A stretch of DNA of 32,000 bases from Trichodesmium erythraeum IMS101 (GTDB taxonomy: Bacteria > Cyanobacteriota > Cyanobacteriia > Cyanobacteriales > Microcoleaceae). Positions 1 to 8,194 of the stretch are shown here, in pieces. A program made the position numbers and the translations under genes. Positions within the stretch are counted from its first letter, which is position 1. Each line of letters starts with the position of its first letter. The stretch covers positions 4,920,001 through 4,952,000 of the forward strand of contig NC_008312.1 in assembly GCF_000014265.1 (NCBI RefSeq). The letters are read 5' to 3'. The notes under the pieces were generated by a model. The model had not been told where the DNA came from, did not search any database, and saw nothing but the letters and a program-made list of their open reading frames with translations.

Positions 1-1
1 T

Positions 2-166
2 TTAATTAACCAACAAGGAGAAGTTGTGATCAATGAGAAAGGTCAAGTTTCTTTTGAAAAAATAGACGATGTTTTTCGAGAAGTTTTTGATTTATTACCG
101 CGTTCTGAGTCTGCTGAACTTAAACGTCGAATTGTTAATGAAATTAATGTTGAGTTGAGAGAGTAA
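2..166 (+). CDS. 3' end of an unidentified CDS cut by the window edge
   Basis: Frame is open from base 2 to TAA at 164-166 (...FEKIDDVFREVFDLLPRSESAELKRRIVNEINVELRE*). No family recognised by eye. Confidence 0.35.
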   Translation, partial: LINQQGEVVINEKGQVSFEKIDDVFREVFDLLPRSESAELKRRIVNEINVELRE

Positions 167-307
167 TATCAATGGGGCGATATAGCAGAAGTAGGAACAA
201 ATAGCCATTCGCCCTCAGGGGGTGAAAAGCCCCTCAAAACTATTGTTGGATGAGGGTTGAGACTGAAATTTATATGTTAAAAACCATAATTGATAAATTG
301 TACAAAG

Positions 308-493
308 TGTGATCCGAATGCCCCCGAACAAAACCCCGTAGAAGATATTTGGTTACCAGCCCAAAACTTCAGCATACCACTTGATAATTTTTGCAGTTAT
401 TGTCAAGTATTTAAGTAGCTATTTAAGTTTTTTGCCATGATCAAATATTCAATTTTCTCCAACTTTTTTAGTATAAAATTTGGCAACAATTAA
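308..493 (+). pseudogene. C-terminal remnant of an IS630/Tc1-mariner-type transposase
   Basis: Translation CDPNAPEQNPVEDIWLPAQNF...K*LFKFFAMIKYSIFSNFF has an internal TAG. The PExNP(V/I)E..W motif is typical of the last catalytic region of IS630-family DDE transposases. No N-terminal part is present. Confidence 0.4.
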
Positions 494-860
494 TATACAG
501 ATTACTATAGCTATGTTTATAATACAATAAAATTAATTTATTTATAATCATTAAATAAGTATTATTGATAAGGGCTAGATTCATCTTTTTTGGCAAATTT
601 TTGGTCATCAGACTTCTTAGTCAACTTTTTTTACCCCCCAGTTATGTTCACTTAACTTTTCTAAAAAAATTTTGAATATTTATTTTTATTTTGGGTCTTT
701 TCTTAGTAATAATTACTGAGTTAGGCTTGTATATATTATTTAACTTAGTTGAGCTGAAACTAAGCAGTTTCTCTAATTGTTTTTTTTTTACTTATTTCCT
801 ACTATATATAAATAGATAAATAACATTAAAACTTTTGAACTGCAACTAAGGAGTTAGAAA

Positions 861-2648
861 ATGTCTAATAGCTATATTTATGGTACTGGAGAAGACGATC
901 TGCTATATGGTACCGGAGGAAACGATAAGGCGTATGGAAGCTCCGGAAATGATATTATCGAAGGTAAAGGAGGTGATGATGAACTTTATGGTAATGGTGG
1001 GAATGACACAATTAAAGGAGAAGAAGGCGATGATACAGTTTTAGGTCATCCTGGAGATGACTCAATAGAAGGAAACGCAGGTGATGATAAGCTTTATGGT
1101 GGTGATGGGGATGACCTAGTCTCAGGGGGAGAAGGAAACGATATGCAGACTGGAGGAGGAGGAAACGATACCATAGAAGGAGGAGAAGGTGATGACAAAC
1201 TTTATGGAGGGCCTGATGATGACTTGATCAAGGGAGAAGACGGTCAAGATAAGCTTTATGGTAATGATGGGAATGACGCAATGGAAGGAGGTGCGGATGA
1301 TGACACAGTTTTAGGTCATGCTGGAGATGACTCAATAGAAGGAAATGCAGGTGATGATAAGCTTTATGGTGGTGATGGGGATGACCTAGTCTCAGGGGGA
1401 GAAGGAAACGATATGCAGACTGGAGGAGGAGGAAACGATACCATAGAAGGAGGAGAAGGTGATGACAAACTTTATGGAGGCCCTGATGATGACTTGATCA
1501 AGGGAGAAGACGGTCAAGATAAGCTTTATGGTAATGATGGGAATGACGCAATGGAAGGAGGTGCGGATGATGACACAGTTTTAGGTCATGCTGGAGATGA
1601 CTCAATAGAAGGAAATGCAGGTGATGATAAGCTTTATGGTGGTGATGGGGATGACCTAGTCTCAGGGGGAGAAGGAAACGATATGCAGACTGGAGGAGGA
1701 GGAAACGATACCATAGAAGGAGGAGAAGGTGATGACAAACTTTATGGAGGGCCTGATGATGACTTGATCAAGGGAGAAGACGGTCAAGATGAGCTTTATG
1801 GTAATGATGGGAATGACGCAATGGAAGGAGGTGCGGATGATGACACAGTTTTAGGTCATGCTGGAGATGACTCAATAGAAGGAAATGCAGGTGATGATTT
1901 ACTTTCTGGTGATTCTGGGGATGACGTAGTCTCAGGCGGAGAAGGAGAGGATATACTGTACGGAGGAGCAGGAAACGATGAACTTTATGGTGGTGATGAT
2001 AATGATACCATTGATGATGGTGGTGGGGATGACATACTAGAAGGAAATACGGGTAATGATATACTTCGTGGTCGTGGAGGTCAAGACGAGCTCATAGGAG
2101 GTGATGGTGATGACCTCATCATTAGTTATAGTGATGCAGGAGAACCTGAAATTGCCCAACAGACAAATGAATCTAAGGTTTATCCAGATCAACCCTTTTT
2201 TGAAGCTAATGATACTTTAACTGGAGGATCAGGGGCTGATACTTTCCTATTTAGACCGTTGATGAATGCCAAGCCTGAGATTATTGAGAAACACAATATG
2301 CACAATATGCACCAAGATATGCATAATATGAACTTGCATAAACAAATCGCTGGCGAAAATGGTTCAGTCCATGATCACTGGGTTGATAGTATTGGTGATG
2401 ATATCATCCTTGACTTTAATAGAAGTGAAGGGGATAAAATTGAGATTAAGGGTCATACAGTAAAAGTAGAAAAAATTGAAGAGCTTGATGATGGAAGTGG
2501 ATCTATTGTTCATTTAATTAGTGATCAAGGGGCTAATGGTGGAGCCCACCACCTAGATAAACTAGGAACAATTACTGTTTATGGTGATCTGGTTACAGAA
2601 TCAGATTTAATAGCAGATATCTTTGGGGATGGTGCTGGTATGGGTTGA
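861..2648 (+). CDS. RTX-type calcium-binding repeat protein (hemolysin-type GGxGxDx[LIV]x nonapeptides), probable type I secretion substrate
   Basis: 595-aa ORF with AAGGAG at 848-853, 7 nt before the ATG. Roughly 45 consecutive G-G-x-G-x-D-x-hydrophobic-x nonapeptides. No N-terminal signal peptide. The C-terminal non-repeat domain carries the D.I.DF....GDKI motif that typically follows RTX blocks. Confidence 0.9.
   Translation: MSNSYIYGTGEDDLLYGTGGNDKAYGSSGNDIIEGKGGDDELYGNGGNDTIKGEEGDDTVLGHPGDDSIEGNAGDDKLYGGDGDDLVSGGEGNDMQTGGGGNDTIEGGEGDDKLYGGPDDDLIKGEDGQDKLYGNDGNDAMEGGADDDTVLGHAGDDSIEGNAGDDKLYGGDGDDLVSGGEGNDMQTGGGGNDTIEGGEGDDKLYGGPDDDLIKGEDGQDKLYGNDGNDAMEGGADDDTVLGHAGDDSIEGNAGDDKLYGGDGDDLVSGGEGNDMQTGGGGNDTIEGGEGDDKLYGGPDDDLIKGEDGQDELYGNDGNDAMEGGADDDTVLGHAGDDSIEGNAGDDLLSGDSGDDVVSGGEGEDILYGGAGNDELYGGDDNDTIDDGGGDDILEGNTGNDILRGRGGQDELIGGDGDDLIISYSDAGEPEIAQQTNESKVYPDQPFFEANDTLTGGSGADTFLFRPLMNAKPEIIEKHNMHNMHQDMHNMNLHKQIAGENGSVHDHWVDSIGDDIILDFNRSEGDKIEIKGHTVKVEKIEELDDGSGSIVHLISDQGANGGAHHLDKLGTITVYGDLVTESDLIADIFGDGAGMG
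1036..1897 (+). repeat. 270-bp (90-aa, ten nonapeptides) tandem repeat, three full copies plus about 50 bp of a fourth, inside the RTX gene
   Basis: The string cagttttaggtcat recurs at 1036, 1306, 1576 and 1846. Copies differ at only a few bases (e.g. catcctgg vs catgctgg, gataagctt vs gatgagctt). Confidence 0.95.
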
Positions 2649-2696
2649 GAATTATGTCTATCATCAACAATTGATATAAAAATCAACTGAAAGAGG

Positions 2697-2727
2697 AGGT
2701 GTTGTTTAGGGTATCTAACCAACACCT
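2697..2727 (+). terminator. Hairpin downstream of the RTX gene (possible terminator)
   Basis: AGGTGTTG (2697-2704) pairs with CAACACCT (2720-2727) around a 15-nt loop, about 50 nt after the stop. There is no clear U-tract, so confidence is low. Confidence 0.3.
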
Positions 2728-3061
2728 TCACTAATAATCACAAATTATCTCAAATTTCAATATTCCCATTAAGCCATTAAACCTTTATCCTACAATCGTT
2801 TTGAGTTACTTGTTTCTCCGTGAATTTGGACCCATATCGGCAACCATCATTACTTTTAGGAATAGTTAAGTACCTTTGCGATCGCCTGAAGATGAGACTC
2901 TTTCTGCAGATTTTTTTGATATTTTTGTAATTTTTCTAAATATTTTTTTCTGATAAATTGAATTAGAAAAAATTCAGTTTTTGATTACCATGTTAAGTAT
3001 AAGCTAGGGAAATTTCTCTGAGTAAATATTTAGCTAATTAATTTTCCTTGACTAACTTATC

Positions 3062-4152
3062 TAATAGACCTCTCCAAAATAAAAATTAGGGTAAAATTGT
3101 AGTGGCTAATTATATATATCCTGTTTCCAAATGAATAATGTATTGGAATATATTTATAACCATCCAAAAGAAACAAAAATAATTATTGGTATTAGAGATT
3201 AATAGCTAATAAAATCAATATAAAAACCTCAAAAGTTGAAAAAATAAAGATAGGCGATCGCCAGCCAATAAAAAAGGTTAATCAAAGCAGGAGGAGGAAG
3301 AAAAAAGTCTTTAAGCAAGACATAAGAGATAATGTTGAGCTTATATTATTTGTATCATATACCAAAATTTCGGCGACTAGGAGTAATATTTGGAGTTAGC
3401 TCATCAACAGCAAATAATATTTTTCAGGCTTTAGATAGATATTTTGAGGGAATTATTACCATCTAGTTTACTAGAGGAATTCTCGGGAAAAGAAAACAAA
3501 TATTTATGGATAAAAGAGGCTTTGACAGAAATAGAATATGATGATAAACAGAAAAAGTATTATTCAGGAAAGCCAAAAATTCATAGGTTTACAAATCAAA
3601 TAGTAATCACAGAAAAGGCAGAAAAATAGTATATATAATAGTAGGAGAAAGAGGTCGAAAAGGTGATATAAAGTTATTCAAAAAAACACAAAAAAGTTGG
3701 ATAGAGAACAAATTTTTCAAGGAGATAAGGGCTATCAAAGTGGTCAAAAAATCAACAAGCAAAACGAAAAAAAATAAGCTATAAAATGTCAGAATAAGCA
3801 AATAAAGAGAATCAAAAAAAACACAAAAAAGAATATTTTTATAAAATATAATAAGACTGATAAAAATATTTATATCGGTACTAAAAAGATTGAGATTTAA
3901 AGATAGTAATCATGAAAAAGTAGTTTAAAATATGTGGTTTAGTCAGATTAATAAGAGGAGAATTAATATTCTTATAAATTAGAAATTTTGCAAAAAAAAA
4001 TAATAAAAAACTAGATAAAAATGGTAAATAACTAATAGTAACTATCTGTAATACTATAAAGCCCGTAAAAAATGACTATCTAATGGAGCTGGCGATCGCT
4101 CCCCAAAAGATAGTTACAATAAATGCTTGATAATTTTTGGAGATGTCTATTA
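3062..4152 (+). mobile_element. Decayed IS5/Harbinger-type insertion sequence with terminal inverted repeats
   Basis: Left end TAATAGACCTCTCCAAAA (3062-3079) is the reverse complement of right end TTTTGGAGATGTCTATTA (4135-4152), with one clear mismatch. The interior encodes a broken HTH + DDE transposase. A second, 5'-truncated copy lies at about 29230-29932. Confidence 0.65.
3131..3975 (+). pseudogene. IS5-family (HTH_Tnp_4 + DDE type) transposase, multiply frameshifted and stopped
   Basis: Recognisable fragments in different frames: MNNVLEYIYNHPKETKIIIGI, YLYHIPKFRRLGVIFGVSSSTANNIF, YSGKPKIHRFTNQIVI, GDKGYQSG, and a final ...ICGLV motif. Confidence 0.6.
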
Positions 4153-4187
4153 AAGCCACAAGATATAGTAATTTTAACCTAGTTTAG

Positions 4188-5156
4188 TTAATTTTTTTCT
4201 AAAGTTCCAGTTATTTGTAACTCAAAAGCTGTATATTCCCCACCCAAAGCTTCAACTATTGCCTGAGTATTAGACACCAACATTTTCGTATAACTATCTC
4301 CCTCACTCCCTGGAGCCCCAATAGAATCAGAATATAACTCCCTAGGAGCTAACCGTACCCCAGCTTCCTGAGCTACCGTAGTAATCAACTTAGGATTAAT
4401 AGTAGTCTCCGCAAAAATAGCAGGTACTCCACTTTTCTTAATTTCCTTCACCAAATTTTTTACAGTCTGCGCACTAGGTTGCTCCTCCGTACTCATCCCA
4501 ATCAAAGTTCCAGTCATCTCTAAACCATAAGCTTTCGCATAATACTCAAAAGCATCATGGGTAGTCACCAGTCGGCGCTGACCTTCCGGAATAGTTCCTA
4601 TTTGTTCCATGATCCAAATATCAACCTGCCCTAACTCCTCAACTAATTTGGCAGCATTTTCCATAAACACCTCTTTATCTTCCGGTGACAACTCAATTAA
4701 AGCATCCCGAATACCTTTCACCATTACAATTCCATTTTCCGCATCACCCCAAACATGAGGATCTGGCACTAACTCCCCCTTACCCAAATTTTGTAAAGGC
4801 TTCACCTTTTCCCCCACCGCCAACTTTTGAGCCTTTATACCCGCAGCATTCATAAGTTTAATTAAAGTAGGTTCCAAATTATAGCCATTATAAATAATTA
4901 AATCTGCTTTCTCAAAAGCCACACTATCAGTAGGAACAGGTTCATAAATATGAGGGTCAGCCCCTGGTTTAATAATTCCCTGATGCTCAATTTCATCTCC
5001 ACCTATTTTTTCTGTCATATCAGCAATGATCGTACTTGTAGAGACTACTAAGAGTTTATTCTCACTCTCAGGGGAAATATTTGAAGATGGGGCAGCACAA
5101 CCACTTATCCATAATCCTAATAAAATTCCTAACATTGACCAAATTGTATTTTTCAA
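4188..5156 (-). CDS. mntC: Metal (Mn/Zn) ABC transporter periplasmic substrate-binding lipoprotein, TroA/ZnuA/MntC family
   Basis: Motifs seen: VVSTSTIIADMTEKIGGDEIEHQGIIKPGADPHIYEP...DPHVW...LVTTHDAFEYYAKAYG. Lipobox ISGC. I prefer the TTG start at 5156 (MKNTIWSMLGILLGLWISGC), or the ATG at 5135, over the 379-aa track ORF, whose N-terminal 57 aa look non-coding. There is no His-rich loop, so Mn is more likely than Zn. Confidence 0.85.
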   Translation of the reverse strand: MKNTIWSMLGILLGLWISGCAAPSSNISPESENKLLVVSTSTIIADMTEKIGGDEIEHQGIIKPGADPHIYEPVPTDSVAFEKADLIIYNGYNLEPTLIKLMNAAGIKAQKLAVGEKVKPLQNLGKGELVPDPHVWGDAENGIVMVKGIRDALIELSPEDKEVFMENAAKLVEELGQVDIWIMEQIGTIPEGQRRLVTTHDAFEYYAKAYGLEMTGTLIGMSTEEQPSAQTVKNLVKEIKKSGVPAIFAETTINPKLITTVAQEAGVRLAPRELYSDSIGAPGSEGDSYTKMLVSNTQAIVEALGGEYTAFELQITGTLEKN

Positions 5157-5331
5157 ATCTTGAGTAGAAATATTAAGCAGGTAGGCCAAATTATTTGTGT
5201 ATTTACCACTCAGATATATTTCCTGTTTCCTGTTCCGAGTGAAGCCTTTTCTCACTGCATTATTAGTTAAATTAATTTGGAACAGATATCTACTAATTTT
5301 CATGTTTAATTTTGATTTAGTTGACAATTTT

Positions 5332-5381
5332 TCATATTCTTTTCATAATTTATATCATATTACTTTCATATTTCTCATATT
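5332..5381. promoter_or_regulatory. Five phased TCATA(A/T)T direct repeats in the mntC-mntA divergent promoter region
   Basis: TCATATT or TCATAAT starts at 5332, 5343, 5355, 5366 and 5375 (spacing 11, 12, 11, 9 bp), between the two divergent start codons. Confidence 0.3.
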
Positions 5382-5464
5382 CCAGGGTCAAAATTTGAGA
5401 GGTATCTCTATGAGTGAGAAGATTTCAAAGAATCATACTTGATAATTGATAGGAGTTATAATTA

Positions 5465-6214
5465 ATGAATGAGGACAAAATTACAATTAGTCATTTAGGA
5501 GTCCATTATCGTACCCTTGAGGCGTTGCGAAACATTACCCTAAAGATACAAGCAGGAAGGTTAACAGGTATTATTGGCCCTAATGGAGCAGGAAAAAGTA
5601 CTTTATTAAAAGGAATGCTGGGATTAATTCCGGTGAGTGGAGGTTCTGTAATCTACAATAACAAATCACTTCAGAAACAGTTAGGCAGAGTTGCCTATGT
5701 TCCTCAGCGATCGCAAATTGATTGGACTTATCCTGCGACTGTCTGGGATGTGGTAATGATGGGTCGAGTCCATCAGACTGGTTGGTTTTGTCGCTTTTCT
5801 AGGATGAGTCGCCAGATAGCATTGGAGGCATTGACAAGGGTGGGGATGGATAGTTATCGCGATCGCCCCATCGGTCAACTTTCTGGTGGTCAGCAACAAC
5901 GGGTTTTTTTAGCGCGGTCTTTAGCTCAGAAAGCAGATATTTTCTGTTTTGATGAGCCATTTGTTGGGGTTGATCAGAAGACTGAAAATATTATTTTTGA
6001 GATTTTTCACGAGTTAGCTAAAGCTGGAAAAGTTGTGATAGTTGTTAATCATGATTTGGGAAAATCTATTACTAATTTTGATGATTTGATTCTGTTAAAT
6101 AAAGAGTTAATTGCTGTTGGCAATCGACAAATTGTATTACAAGAAGAAAATTTGTATCGTGCTTATGGGGGTAAAGTAGGTTTCTTTTCGGAGTCCTTAA
6201 AGCAAGTTGCTTGA
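5465..6214 (+). CDS. mntA: Metal (Mn/Zn) ABC transporter ATP-binding protein
   Basis: Walker A GPNGAGKST, signature LSGGQQQR, Walker B IFCFDEP, H-loop VNHD. The size (249 aa) and divergent partner fit the MntA/ZnuC class. Confidence 0.85.
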   Translation: MNEDKITISHLGVHYRTLEALRNITLKIQAGRLTGIIGPNGAGKSTLLKGMLGLIPVSGGSVIYNNKSLQKQLGRVAYVPQRSQIDWTYPATVWDVVMMGRVHQTGWFCRFSRMSRQIALEALTRVGMDSYRDRPIGQLSGGQQQRVFLARSLAQKADIFCFDEPFVGVDQKTENIIFEIFHELAKAGKVVIVVNHDLGKSITNFDDLILLNKELIAVGNRQIVLQEENLYRAYGGKVGFFSESLKQVA

Positions 6215-6404
6215 ACGTTCTAGATTTTGTTTAGTAGGAAGAGCTTCTCACTAATTTTTTTGATTATGATCATATTTTTACTTGTTATATTATTTTTTAT
6301 ATTTAGTTTTTAACAAGTAATTATTGAAGCAATAACATCATTAACTTGATAAATTTATCTTTAAAATATTTATTTCAATTCAACTAAAATGTAAGGGATA
6401 CTTA

Positions 6405-7280
6405 TTAAATGCTTTTCTTTATATCAGATTTAGTTCTATCAATCTTTCCTTCTAAATCTGATTCTCCAATATGATTTTTACCTGTGTTATCAAAAACTTC
6501 CAAATGAGCAGATTTTCCATAATGTAGATTATCCACATACCAAAGATATCCTGTTTCTTTCTCTTCATAAATTGTCCTACCATCATATTGATTTTTAGTT
6601 CGTTTAAATCTATGAGTATCTTTTAGTATTGTTTGAGTATCTGTAGGTGGAGAGCTGGAAGATTCATCATAGTTTAACTGACTTAATTGACAACTTTTTT
6701 CCAACCAGTTTTGTAATCCAACTTTCTGATCAATACTATCTAATTGACTTAGATTTTCTGTATCATTATTTTTCACAATAGAGATAGAATTGCATTCTCT
6801 AATCTCCTGACTTAGACATTGAAAACAAGAATCTCTAAAATTAATTAATAAGTACTTTGAGTCTAAATTAATTAATTGTCTTTGTGCCGCTTCTGCTAAA
6901 GATGTATTTGTTGCATCTTTGTAATCTTCACCATCAATATAATCAAAATTATCTTGTTCAGAATGAATTCTTTCTTTTTGCCAATCCTTGGAATTGGCTT
7001 TATTACAGATAATACTGATAATTGACGTTTTTAAGCCTTTGTCTTTAATCTGATTTAAACTAGATTTAAAATTATTGCCTTTGATTGCTTCATAATTTTT
7101 AATAGCTTCAGTCGAGTAAGTTTTTATGCTTATATTTTTTGTGCTTATATGTTGTTTTTTTAATTTATTAATATCTTCAAAAATACTTTTGATAACTTTG
7201 GCCGTCTCTTCAAACTATTTTTAGGTATAGTATTGCTCTTGTAAAGACACTTCATTAATAAACATTTCAATTTTAATCAT
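6405..7280 (-). pseudogene. Disrupted gene with a C-terminal colicin E3-like cytotoxic (16S rRNase) domain
   Basis: The frame is open for 270 codons (7214 down to 6405). The only in-frame start upstream (ATG at 7280) is separated from it by TAA-AAA-TAG at 7215-7223. The C-terminus DGRTIYEEKETGYLWYVDNLHYGKSAHLEVFDNTGKNHIGESDLEGKIDRTKSDIKKSI aligns by eye with colicin E3 ...GRKIYEWDSQHGELEGYRASDGQHLGSFDPKTGNQLKGPDPKRNIKKYL. Confidence 0.5.
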
Positions 7281-7312
7281 TATTTTAAATCCCAAAAAGA
7301 CGTTCAAAATCT

Positions 7313-7708
7313 TTATCCATTTGAAAGATCTATAACTTCTTTTGTTATGTGAAAATAATATTTATTTGTAGAAACATCAATTATTTTATCTGATATCAAA
7401 ATACTAATGAAATATTGAAATAATGAAATACTCCGTGGAATTAGACTTGTTTTTGTTGATTGAATTTTCTGAATTACCTTTTTAGCTTTTTCTTTAATCT
7501 TTTTTTCTTCAACTACATTAATTAACAGACGATATAAGTTATCGCAAAAACGGCTCATATCTTTTGGATAAAGCTCATCTGGTATTTTTTTATCTTCAAA
7601 TAATTTATTTATTTCTTGAGCAAAATATTTTTTATGTTTAATTTCTTGATAACCATTATCTTCAATAACCTCAGAAGTTTTTTCAAAAGCAAGTATTAAT
7701 ATATCTAA
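7313..7708 (-). pseudogene. Decayed hypothetical gene immediately upstream of the E3-like gene on the same strand
   Basis: The 81-aa track ORF continues upstream in frame (LDILILAFEKTSEVIEDNGYQEIKHKKYFAQEINKLFEDKK...) to an in-frame TAA at 7709-7711. Further stops and frameshifts lie above that. No family recognised. Confidence 0.3.
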
Positions 7709-8159
7709 TTATTCAGCCGTTGCTTTAATTTGCGCAGCTAAAGATTATCTTTTTTAGGAATACTCATTGCTGAATAATCATCAAGTTTATCTATGCCCAA
7801 TCGAATTGTATACTAGTCACATCCAAATAGTAGGATAATATAATTTATACCTCCTCACCCCAGTTTGAGTGCTGCTATCGCAGTATAGCGACGACGCTCT
7901 TTTTCCGATCATGATTTATACAGTTTTTTCATTTATAGCTTTACTTTTTTAGGATAGGGACTTATAGAATTAATATAATTAGAATTTCAAATAATATAAC
8001 AATTAGTCTATAATTACTGTGTTGATTTTTGGCTCTTATTTAATTTTCATTCCTTCATCGGGTCAATTCTAGACTTATAAAAATAGTACAAGCCCACACC
8101 ATACTTAAGTTATTGTTGGGTCATTAACTATCCATTATCCATGATCAATTAATATTGTA

Positions 8160-8183
8160 GGGGGTTTGGAGACCAAACTCCCC
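8160..8183 (-). terminator. GC-rich hairpin just downstream of the futC stop codon
   Basis: GGGGGTTTGG-AGA-CCAAACTCCCC sits 12 nt from the TGA (8195-8197). It is the only GC-rich stem in an AT-rich spacer. There is no obvious U-tract. Confidence 0.4.
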
Positions 8184-8194
8184 ACCTATATCCA

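Noticed and set aside
173-260. Apparent similarity between the GC-rich patch at the window start (reverse complement ...ccctgagggcgaatgg...) and the 23139-23215 element (...cctgagggtgagggcgaatacc...).
   Set aside because: The shared exact words are only about 10-12 nt. Matches of that length are expected by chance many times in a 32-kb self-comparison on both strands. No extended collinear alignment could be made by eye.
3607-3801. 64-aa Leu/Phe-rich ORF on the minus strand (and its analogue at 29276-29488).
   Set aside because: It is the antisense of the A-rich decayed IS5-type transposase. Poly-T codons give Phe/Leu-rich pseudo-membrane peptides. There is no start context.
5197-5442. 81-aa + strand ORF across the mntC-mntA intergenic region, and the 57-aa N-terminal extension of the mntC track ORF (5157-5327).
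   Set aside because: Both lie in the AT-rich divergent promoter. The extension precedes a perfectly good lipoprotein signal peptide, so it is unlikely to be translated.
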